From a virus: a stretch of DNA of 64,000 bases. Shown here one piece after another: positions 56,861 through 64,000 of the stretch. The notes beneath the pieces are model-generated. The model was not told where the DNA came from. It ran no database searches and was given only the letters and a program-made list of their open reading frames with translations. A program made the translations under genes and the position numbers. The stretch is from positions 32,001-96,000 of the IMG/VR virus record IMGVR_UViG_3300032282_001564; one strand, given 5' to 3'. Within the stretch, counting starts at the first letter, position 1; each line of letters starts with the position of its first letter.

Positions 56861-57856
56861 TTATTCCTTTTCCGGGTATGCGGCTTCAAGCCAGGTTACA
56901 TATTGGTTAGCATAATCACTCATTTTAACCAAATCATATTTGCCACAAAACTTTAAGAACTGAGCACCAATCATTGGACGACTCAATGAGGTCGAACCTA
57001 CTGTAATTGTTTCTTTAATCTTTGTTTTAATGTCTTCGGGTTGTGCAGTAAGATCAACTAGCGTAACATTACGACTATAGTCATCTAAGACTTTGTGCTC
57101 CACACCATTGTGGTCAACCCAACGCTGTAACATTAGATTATTCCACGCAAAACCTTTTTTCTCGCGGTCCTCGAAAGCTTCGACGAGTCCCACTTTATTT
57201 TTACTTCCAACTTTCCTAACCCCCGGGAAGGCAGAAAAGATATTGTCGGTTGGATCCCCACGCATACACTTCTCGAATAAAATCCACTGAGGAGCCGGAA
57301 TTGTTTTTGCCTCCTTAGTTTTTTTATCAATGACTGGCTTACCTTTTTTGTCAAAAATACCTTGCGTAGTATGGAGCTCATCGCTAATTCCGTTATATTG
57401 ATTTACATTTTCTGCTAGTAGCTGGTGAAAGTCTGTGTCGCTACTTACAATGGTGTGGTGATCCTGAGGGTGACTTTGGATCCATCCTGCCACCAAGTCA
57501 TCTGCTTCCAACTCTGGGTGCTGGAGAACAGTACAATTTGTCTTTGTGCCGAGGAACTCTTTGAGAGCGTCAAAAGTTTCCCAAAATAGTCGATCTTCTT
57601 CTTGCTCGCTTTCGGTAAGCGCCGCACGGGCAACTGCCCGGTTTGCTTTGTATGGTGCATAGTAATCCTTACGCCAGCTACGTCCCTCCAAACAGAAGAT
57701 AACGTGGTCTGCTTGTTGATCTCTCCAGCACTTATTAACACTATTTAGTGTTACGTGGATAGCGAAACCCAAGCGATCCCAAGTATCAGCCTGACGATGT
57801 GCCGCATGACGGGCACGGAAGAAAGTATTAGCGGTGTCAACAATTAGATATCTCAT
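56861..57856 (-). CDS. rnh: T4 RNase H-like 5'-3' exonuclease (PIN/FEN fold)
   Basis: LIVD..N, WRK.YY.PYK.NR, EADD, SSDTDF.QL, GD.TDNI. Confidence 0.9.
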   Translation of the reverse strand: MRYLIVDTANTFFRARHAAHRQADTWDRLGFAIHVTLNSVNKCWRDQQADHVIFCLEGRSWRKDYYAPYKANRAVARAALTESEQEEDRLFWETFDALKEFLGTKTNCTVLQHPELEADDLVAGWIQSHPQDHHTIVSSDTDFHQLLAENVNQYNGISDELHTTQGIFDKKGKPVIDKKTKEAKTIPAPQWILFEKCMRGDPTDNIFSAFPGVRKVGSKNKVGLVEAFEDREKKGFAWNNLMLQRWVDHNGVEHKVLDDYSRNVTLVDLTAQPEDIKTKIKETITVGSTSLSRPMIGAQFLKFCGKYDLVKMSDYANQYVTWLEAAYPEKE

Positions 57857-57862
57857 GTAGTA

Positions 57863-57891
57863 ATAGTAGCATATTATTCATATATTGTCAA
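57863..57891 (-). promoter_or_regulatory. Sigma70 promoter for a probably leaderless rnh mRNA
   Basis: TTGACA-17 nt-TACTAT; the ATG begins 7 nt downstream of the -10. Confidence 0.65.
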
Positions 57892-58573
57892 ACATTTCGG
57901 TAGCCCAAGCCTGGTGCCCCGCTGTTAACGGATGTCCAGCGGAATCAAATTCAAAATTATTTTTTCGACACCAATACTGCATAGTTGGTTTCATAAAATG
58001 GTTTTGGTTAATTTGGGTTAATTTGGTTTGTAAGTTTAAGTTAGCGTCCACTAACTTATAGTCGAGTTGGTGCTCTTCGTACTGGTAATATTCGTGGTAA
58101 TCTTTAAGTATTGGTGCAACCTCAATGTCGGTAAATGCATTAAAAAATAGATACTCAATGCCTTTGGCTTGGCACACAGTTTGTAATGTAATAATGTAGG
58201 TTAATAAATTGTCTACAGAGAGATATGCGTTATGTAAGTATTTATAATAAAATTCATGTAGTTTTTTTGGGTCCGGGTTACTAGTCAAAGGTTCATGGAA
58301 TAATACGTCAGAATTAGTTACTCGAGCATACGTTCCATTTACTACAGGAAGTTCGTAACGGCTAGTATCTGTCCACCCTATTGCAAGATATTTGGGAGTG
58401 TTGGTTGTAAGATATTCTAATGTAGTTCTAAAGATGCGTTGATTACTTGCACCACCTTGTGCTAGATTTACTACAGGTGTGTTGACTAATGCGCCAAGTT
58501 GATATGGCCAAGCATCTTCTAGTGTGGGTAAGTAATAGCCTTCAGTAAAGCTACATCCATTAGCCAATAACAT
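57878..58573 (-). CDS. SGNH/GDSL-like hydrolase
   Basis: NGCSFTEG, GASN, GWT..SR, HPLTAGH. Confidence 0.65.
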   Translation of the reverse strand: MLLANGCSFTEGYYLPTLEDAWPYQLGALVNTPVVNLAQGGASNQRIFRTTLEYLTTNTPKYLAIGWTDTSRYELPVVNGTYARVTNSDVLFHEPLTSNPDPKKLHEFYYKYLHNAYLSVDNLLTYIITLQTVCQAKGIEYLFFNAFTDIEVAPILKDYHEYYQYEEHQLDYKLVDANLNLQTKLTQINQNHFMKPTMQYWCRKNNFEFDSAGHPLTAGHQAWATEMFDNI

Positions 58574-59285
58574 TTTGAACTAAAGGTAATAGGTAATCAG
58601 CCCAGGCTTCATGGCCGGCTGTGCCTAAATGATAACTAGTAGGTGTTGCTGTTGGATATCCGCGACCAGTTAGAAAATTATAATAAGTCATGGAATCGTT
58701 GTAAGGATCAATGTAACTGGTACCCCAATCTTGTACTTTGGCACCTAGATGTTGTAGATTTTTAATGTTGGCAAAACTATGATAGGTACTAAAAAAGATA
58801 TGTTTAACTTCTTGTTCTTCCAATTCTTTATGGAACTGGTATATAGTATCGTGTGCAGAAATAGTTTGTTGATTAATAACATTGGAGTCTGCTTGATTGA
58901 TCACCCACTCTTTGTAGCGTGTTTCAAGTTCCTTGGGTACAGCATCATATCCGCTGGCAGTTACTTGATAATATGTACCATCGTGTAACCACTCTTCGCG
59001 TTCCCATGTAGCCCAACCTATGATAACAATATCAGGCTTGTCCATAGTTGCAAGATAATCTCTAGTGGTACGAATGATACGACTATTGCTACTAGCAGAT
59101 TCAGCATTGCAATGTAGTACAGCAAACAAGTGATTGGCTAACAAACATCCATAACTAACACGTTCATTATCGGGATGAGGCTGCCGGCCAAGACCGTAGT
59201 ACAAAGGATCATCTTCGGCAAAACAAAAGCTGTTTACTGCTTCAGCGCCAGCACTATGACTGTCGCCATTTACATATACTATCAC
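58560..59285 (-). CDS. SGNH/GDSL-like hydrolase
   Basis: NGDSHSAG, ASSN, GWATWER, HLGTAGH. Confidence 0.65.
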   Translation of the reverse strand: MIVYVNGDSHSAGAEAVNSFCFAEDDPLYYGLGRQPHPDNERVSYGCLLANHLFAVLHCNAESASSNSRIIRTTRDYLATMDKPDIVIIGWATWEREEWLHDGTYYQVTASGYDAVPKELETRYKEWVINQADSNVINQQTISAHDTIYQFHKELEEQEVKHIFFSTYHSFANIKNLQHLGAKVQDWGTSYIDPYNDSMTYYNFLTGRGYPTATPTSYHLGTAGHEAWADYLLPLVQNVIG

Positions 59286-59713
59286 GATACTTCGGTCTTC
59301 CCGTTACCAAGATCTCTACGTTGAATTTCACGAGGGCGTTCACCAATTGGTTGATTGGCTTCCCATTGCTCGTAATTTTCCGCTATAACATTTTTACAAA
59401 CGTCTTGGAACCATTGATCAACCATGTCGCTATCAGTCTTGCCTTTGTAACCAGCACGTACTAGATTAGTAATAAACTTATCGTTCCAATCTAATTCAAA
59501 TGCGCCATTGCCAATGTTGTCTGGGTCTAGTTCTACTTGAACTACGCTAACCCAAGGTTCTCCTTTAGCGTCAGCAATTTGACGTGGAGTCATTCCTGTA
59601 AAGTCAATTTTCTTTGTGCGTGGTGTTTTTGCGGCTACTGCTTTTACAGGAGCCTTTTTAGCCACTGGCTTTTTTGCTACTGTTTTCTTTGCTACTGGCT
59701 TTTTAGTTGCCAT
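59282..59713 (-). CDS. Hypothetical protein with histone-H1-like N-terminal tail
   Basis: KKPVAKKTVAKKPVAKKAPVK; FELDWN. Confidence 0.7.
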   Translation of the reverse strand: MATKKPVAKKTVAKKPVAKKAPVKAVAAKTPRTKKIDFTGMTPRQIADAKGEPWVSVVQVELDPDNIGNGAFELDWNDKFITNLVRAGYKGKTDSDMVDQWFQDVCKNVIAENYEQWEANQPIGERPREIQRRDLGNGKTEVS

Positions 59714-60191
59714 TGTCGTTCTCCTTAACTTCCATCCATGTATGGTCGCCCATATATTTTACTTGAGTTATATACTCATAGTCAACCGGCGGACCGGAAG
59801 ACCAATCCGCAGGGCCATTATGAGTTAAAATTGTTTTGTTTTTTCGTTGATCCCATACCAACCAATAACACTTGCCCATTACTACTTGAAACTGATACTT
59901 GGCGGCATGTACTGCATCTGTTACTTCTAGCCTACGTTTAATATCGTGTGCTTGTTTTTGTAATACTGTAACCAATTCCATAATACGATCGTACTCTTGC
60001 TGGGCATACATCCTAGCATGATTGATCATTAGATCTTTTTGCTTAGTAACAGGAATTAGGTCAAACTTTGGTCCGCCCGATTCAGTAGGATAGGGACTAA
60101 CATTCCTATTAAAGAAAGGAATTAGTTCACCAGTAGACGTAGAATCATAACTTAGCCTACCATCGGCTGAGTTAGACTTTTTCTCGGTCAT
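59703..60191 (-). CDS. DUF2452-like protein
   Basis: PYPTE...F, AQQEYDRIME...L.KQA, Y.F.VV.G..Y.L, GD.TW. Confidence 0.65.
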   Translation of the reverse strand: MTEKKSNSADGRLSYDSTSTGELIPFFNRNVSPYPTESGGPKFDLIPVTKQKDLMINHARMYAQQEYDRIMELVTVLQKQAHDIKRRLEVTDAVHAAKYQFQVVMGKCYWLVWDQRKNKTILTHNGPADWSSGPPVDYEYITQVKYMGDHTWMEVKENDNGN

Positions 60192-60541
60192 TTGATCCAG
60201 TGTTGTGCTAATACCATCAAGCTCAACCAAGCCCACATGGTGTTAAATCCTACTAAGGTTGGTAATGCTTTTTTACGACTAGCCCAAATAAGTGTTATGC
60301 TGGTTAACAATGTTAGATAATACAATTCCCAAATACTAATGCCAAAAATTAGTCCCGGAATAATAATGATAGCCTTGGCTACCCAACTAACAAACTCTAC
60401 TGTATTATAGTTTGTCCAATATTCTCGTGTAAACAACATCATGTAGCATTCTCTGATATTGCGCCAGCCACTGTGCGTGTAACTGATTGCTATCAATACT
60501 GCCCATACGCCACATGCTAATAAAATTTGATTTGTTGTCAT
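60188..60541 (-). CDS. Membrane protein
   Basis: Several TM segments; ATGA-coupled. Confidence 0.65.
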   Translation of the reverse strand: MTTNQILLACGVWAVLIAISYTHSGWRNIRECYMMLFTREYWTNYNTVEFVSWVAKAIIIIPGLIFGISIWELYYLTLLTSITLIWASRKKALPTLVGFNTMWAWLSLMVLAQHWIK

Positions 60542-60780
60542 TTCTTTAAACTCCATATTAAATGTTCAATTTTTTCATGATATCTAAACTCAAATACAGC
60601 CTCCCCAGGCCCATGATACATTGCTGTACCTTCGTATACTTGACGCAACCATAACCAACGTCCTGTTATGGCACTACGTTTAGGACACCATAAAAATCGT
60701 AGTCGCCAAATGGCACGATCGTAAAAATAATCGTATGTTTCTACGCCGGGAATATATCCAACTCCCATCATGTGCCCCAC
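60538..60780 (-). CDS. Hypothetical protein
   Basis: Trp-rich 80-aa ORF in the operon. Confidence 0.55.
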   Translation of the reverse strand: MGHMMGVGYIPGVETYDYFYDRAIWRLRFLWCPKRSAITGRWLWLRQVYEGTAMYHGPGEAVFEFRYHEKIEHLIWSLKK

Positions 60781-61622
60781 TCATTCTTAAACAATGGCAC
60801 CTGTAGTCGATCACTGTAACGTAAACCATTACGCATGGCAATATCTGCTACTGAACGATTATTCAAAGCATATACGCTTTCAACACCGCCTACTGGCATT
60901 AAGTATACGTGACCTTTAAAGCCGGCTTTACGATAAGCGGCAATAGCACATTCTGCATCAGCAAAATCTTGTTCGGTTGCAATTACAAATTTCAAGTATG
61001 CTGTACCAACTTGTTCGTATTCACATACAACTTCTGGAAGGATAGCATCTTCCCACTTTTCACCACTACATGGAAGTTTGGCACTAACACTAAACGTTAA
61101 TTCTTTCTGCTCACATCCATATGTCCAATAATTGTCGATTAAATATTGTTTAAATTCTTCTGTTAGTTTTTGGGTTCCATTTGTTTCAAATGTAATTTCT
61201 TTAAGACCTTGCATTTTAGGATGACTTAACAAGTCTGGATAAGCACGTTGCCAACCTAACAAAGGCTCACCACCGGTAATAACCAAGTGTTCATCTTCCC
61301 AGTGATTGTGTGGCAGTATCTCCATAATACGATCTACGATTGCATCACTAGTAAGCATTGGACTTAAATCTTTAAATGCAGGATGCCAACTTGCATAGCT
61401 ATCACAACCTGTGCTAACTAGTGGCAAGTCTTCATACTTATTAAACATATGAGCAACTTCGGCAATGTCTTCTGCTTCTCCACTTAGTTCACCACGTGGC
61501 ATACCAAAGCCTGCACATTTAAAGTTACATCCAAATGTACGTAAGAACACACTTGGTACACCCATGTAACGTCCTTCGCCTTGTATGCTGTAGAATAATT
61601 CTGCTATTTTGATTTTACTCAT
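60768..61622 (-). CDS. queE: 7-carboxy-7-deazaguanine synthase (radical SAM)
   Basis: ELFYSIQGEG..G.PSVFLR..GCNFKC...GCDS, ITGGEP, ETNGT, SVSAK, LKFV. Confidence 0.88.
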   Translation of the reverse strand: MSKIKIAELFYSIQGEGRYMGVPSVFLRTFGCNFKCAGFGMPRGELSGEAEDIAEVAHMFNKYEDLPLVSTGCDSYASWHPAFKDLSPMLTSDAIVDRIMEILPHNHWEDEHLVITGGEPLLGWQRAYPDLLSHPKMQGLKEITFETNGTQKLTEEFKQYLIDNYWTYGCEQKELTFSVSAKLPCSGEKWEDAILPEVVCEYEQVGTAYLKFVIATEQDFADAECAIAAYRKAGFKGHVYLMPVGGVESVYALNNRSVADIAMRNGLRYSDRLQVPLFKNEWGT

Positions 61623-61884
61623 AGATTTTTGACCATTGTTTAAGTTTCTCTTGTTTAGCTCTAGCGGCTTCTTCTAACCTGTCGGCATTTAAAATACCGC
61701 GGTCTACTAGAATATCGACTAGTGCAAGCACATCGCCAATTTCCATTTCTAGCATAGTGCTATGTTTAAGGTTAGTTTTGTAGTGTAGACTATCTAGACC
61801 AAATCGTCTACACTTACTAACTTCTTGAATAACTTCTGCACATTCTTCTTGCAGAATATCTAGAGCTTCTTGGATACGATCCAT
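61615..61884 (-). CDS. MazG-like nucleotide pyrophosphohydrolase
   Basis: EECAEVIQ...K...EIGDV. Confidence 0.8.
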   Translation of the reverse strand: MDRIQEALDILQEECAEVIQEVSKCRRFGLDSLHYKTNLKHSTMLEMEIGDVLALVDILVDRGILNADRLEEAARAKQEKLKQWSKIYE

Positions 61885-62213
61885 TAGTGGTTCCTTTTAC
61901 CGTCAAACACACAAACAAAATAAAGATCCACAGCGCCTGTATTATGTACACGATGGAATACACCATCTTTGATTAATACAACATCGCCGGGCCCAACTTT
62001 GAAACGATCGCTGTCAAGTTCCATTTCGCCAGTGCCCCAAATAAATTGGTACACTTCTTCTTGACCAGCATGACTATGTCCGCTAGTACTCATACCTCTG
62101 TGTAAGGTAGTTGAACTAACAACTAGGTTTTTTAATTCTTTATTGTCTTTAACAGTATAGCGTTCGTCTTGTTTAACGATTTCGCCACCTACATCGTATC
62201 CACCAAATTTCAT
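61884..62213 (-). CDS. Cupin domain protein
   Basis: GHSH..QEEVY.F..G.G, GDVVLI..G.FHRV.N. Confidence 0.85.
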   Translation of the reverse strand: MKFGGYDVGGEIVKQDERYTVKDNKELKNLVVSSTTLHRGMSTSGHSHAGQEEVYQFIWGTGEMELDSDRFKVGPGDVVLIKDGVFHRVHNTGAVDLYFVCVFDGKRNH

Positions 62214-62214
62214 A

Positions 62215-62664
62215 TCATCCTTCGTATATAGCTGAGTTAGCACCGTGTTCTGCACATTCTACCCTTACGCAATAACAACGGTTATTAGTCTTTTCTCGAA
62301 TCAATTGATTGGCAAAGTTGAAAGCGTGTTCAGCAAACTTCTCTGCACCCACACCATCAAAGATTCGTATCTCTGCTAAGTCTAGTGTTTCTAATTCACG
62401 AAACTTGGCCAAATGTGGATCTTGTCGATCCAACGCCAACTTGTGATCAAAGTTATCTTCTAACCATGCTTTGAGCAGTTTAAGTCCGCCAAAGTCTACT
62501 GCCCAGTTCTTGTTGTCTAATGTATCACACCCAAATGTGAATGTGAATGCTAGACTGTAACCGTGTAGCAAATGACAGTGACTATGGTCAGCATTGGGTT
62601 GACGGAATACAGCACTTAGCCCAATGTTGTGTCCATAGTGTTTTGTTGAATAAAATTTTGCCAT
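62215..62664 (-). CDS. queD: 6-carboxytetrahydropterin synthase (QueD/PTPS family)
   Basis: HCHLLHGY, VDFG.LK, FDH, AE, E...NSA.Y; near queE. Confidence 0.85.
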   Translation of the reverse strand: MAKFYSTKHYGHNIGLSAVFRQPNADHSHCHLLHGYSLAFTFTFGCDTLDNKNWAVDFGGLKLLKAWLEDNFDHKLALDRQDPHLAKFRELETLDLAEIRIFDGVGAEKFAEHAFNFANQLIREKTNNRCYCVRVECAEHGANSAIYEG

Positions 62665-62750
62665 TGTAATTCTCCTATGTTATTATAGCATAGGCCTGCA
62701 GAATTTGTATAGCGGGATGAATGCCAGAAAGGCCGCTGTTTGTGGGGATA
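62665..62750 (-). ncRNA. Candidate structured cis-regulatory leader (riboswitch-like) of queD
   Basis: AGCGG/CCGCU stem, SD-sequestering CCUAUG/CAUAGG hairpin and an alternative GGCCU/AGGCC pairing. Confidence 0.45.
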
Positions 62751-62753
62751 ATA

Positions 62754-62909
62754 CTATTTAGTATCATCCTGTTTTGTTTTTACTTCTTCTACTCGTTTTT
62801 CTTTGTAGACCGGTTCGGGCAAGTATGGAGTGATAACATAGTAGTTAGCACCATACCAACCGATGGCTGAAAAGAAACCTACTACAGTCCAAGTAGCAAT
62901 TAATATCAT
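62754..62909 (-). CDS. Small membrane protein, not in the ORF track
   Basis: MILIATWTVVGFFSAIGWYG...KQDDTK (51 aa), ATGA-coupled. Confidence 0.6.
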   Translation of the reverse strand: MILIATWTVVGFFSAIGWYGANYYVITPYLPEPVYKEKRVEEVKTKQDDTK

Positions 62910-63283
62910 TTTTTTTTCCTTTGAAATTCTAGATGAAATTTTAGTGCCGCACCACAGGAAAATTGTTCGCCTTTTTTAAACCGTAGTCCATTTAATTGAA
63001 ATGGTTTTAGTACACGATCGCCATTCCACCAACTGCGTTGACATTCAATGTAGCCCAGTTCTTCTAACTGATTGCGTAAGGCTTTAAACTCTGGGCCGTC
63101 GTCACTGCCAGTTGAACTCCAGTTGCCAATACCCTTGAGTGCGTTAACAAGATCGTCGTCGGTAACAACGTCTTTGTTTAAATAGGAATTATACTCTTTA
63201 TGTATAGTTAGATGCCACTCCAGTGTTTCATCTAGGTAAAACTGTTTTAACGCCACCACTCCTCCCAAGGAAACACACACCAA
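62906..63283 (-). CDS. Hypothetical protein
   Basis: EFKALRNQLEELGYI...WWNGDRVLKPF.LNG. Confidence 0.6.
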   Translation of the reverse strand: MVCVSLGGVVALKQFYLDETLEWHLTIHKEYNSYLNKDVVTDDDLVNALKGIGNWSSTGSDDGPEFKALRNQLEELGYIECQRSWWNGDRVLKPFQLNGLRFKKGEQFSCGAALKFHLEFQRKKK

Positions 63284-63798
63284 ATAGGTTCTTCCATCTT
63301 GTTGATGCTTAAACCTACATAGTCCACATCTTTAAAATCGCTGGCTTCGTTGTTGATCAATACAGCAAAGCGAACATTGTTGCCAAATACCTCGTCCCAA
63401 GCCGGATCATCGGGCAGGCAACCACTGCGCCAATCTTCTTGGATCCAGTTCAATGTAGAACCAGTGTCATTGATATCGTCAACAATTAGGATATTTTTCT
63501 TGAATGCTGGATCAGATCTGCCAGCGTTTTCAATAACAGTAAGATCTTTGGGCACATAGCCAAACGCTTCTTCGGCCATCCATAGATTGCTTTCTGGGCC
63601 AATTTCGCTGTCACGCAAACTTACATTAAGCGTCTGCATTGGAATATTCATGTAGTGACTCAGCATAGTAGCAGGAACCAATCCGCCACGTGTTAGTCCC
63701 ACAATATAGTCTGGACGCCATTGATCTTCGGCCATACCACGGATAATATCGTGCATCCAGGCCCGAACAGTTGAATCTTTGTAATATACTTTAGACAT
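63247..63798 (-). CDS. Purine phosphoribosyltransferase (Gpt/Hpt-like)
   Basis: VGLTRGGLVPA, ILIVDDINDTGST (PRPP loop), FPWE. Confidence 0.9.
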   Translation of the reverse strand: MSKVYYKDSTVRAWMHDIIRGMAEDQWRPDYIVGLTRGGLVPATMLSHYMNIPMQTLNVSLRDSEIGPESNLWMAEEAFGYVPKDLTVIENAGRSDPAFKKNILIVDDINDTGSTLNWIQEDWRSGCLPDDPAWDEVFGNNVRFAVLINNEASDFKDVDYVGLSINKMEEPIWCVFPWEEWWR

Positions 63799-64000
63799 AA
63801 TCTTCTGCTTCTTTCAGGTTGTGTGATTGAATTTGGTCCATGAACTTAATTAAAAACATACTTGCTACGCTGGCATCAGCACCATCAAAACGGATCATTG
63901 TAAGATTGGTGCCGTCCTTGGTCACGTAGCTAGTTTTTGCTTTACCATATTGTACTTGATTTATAATATGTTCGCGACCTCTCCAGTCATACTCTTTAAC
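63791..64000 (-). CDS. Hypothetical protein, 5' partial
   Basis: Open frame from the window end: VKEYDWRG...IRFDGADASVASMFLIKF...DYV*. Confidence 0.55.
   Translation of the reverse strand, partial: VKEYDWRGREHIINQVQYGKAKTSYVTKDGTNLTMIRFDGADASVASMFLIKFMDQIQSHNLKEAEDYV

Noticed and set aside
1-64000. Stop-codon reassignment, tRNA genes, integrase or transposase
   Set aside because: Genes are full length in the standard code with TAA, TGA and TAG stops. I recognised no cloverleaf or recombinase motif, though tRNAscan was not run.

Overview
This window is a densely coding, AT-rich segment of a large tailed dsDNA phage (myovirus/jumbo-phage-like). It uses the standard code, and I found no tRNA, rRNA, CRISPR array or IS element. 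Layout: (1) 1-20.7 kb, late structural module: the C-terminal ~3000 aa of a giant baseplate-type protein, three fibre genes sharing an N-terminal attachment module, and a glycine-rich adhesin-like protein that appears split over three ORFs. (2) 20.8-35.9 kb, modification cluster: GT-A-like glycosyltransferases, six radical SAM enzymes, an SGNH-like protein and a flavin halogenase-like enzyme. (3) 35.9-44.2 kb, early island with sigma70-like promoters: SleB-like hydrolase, a ParB-like/HNH-like/PD-(D/E)xK trio, MoxR-type AAA+ ATPase, VWA metallopeptidase and many small ORFs. (4) 45.5-54.8 kb: folA, thyA, NDP-sugar epimerase, DegT aminotransferase, GT-like proteins, APS-kinase-like fusion and carbamoyltransferase. 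(5) 54.8-64 kb, minus strand: RNase H/5'-3' exonuclease, SGNH-like paralogues, queE, MazG-like, cupin, queD and a purine phosphoribosyltransferase. The most striking observation is at 11.8-15.3 kb: two polyglycine domains are each cut mid-domain by the same 'GGGGG|CKIICT' C-terminal module, and the missing half starts a downstream ORF. This suggests a protein cleavage/ligation or split-assembly system. A riboswitch-like leader precedes queD. All family calls come from motif recognition by eye; no searches were run.
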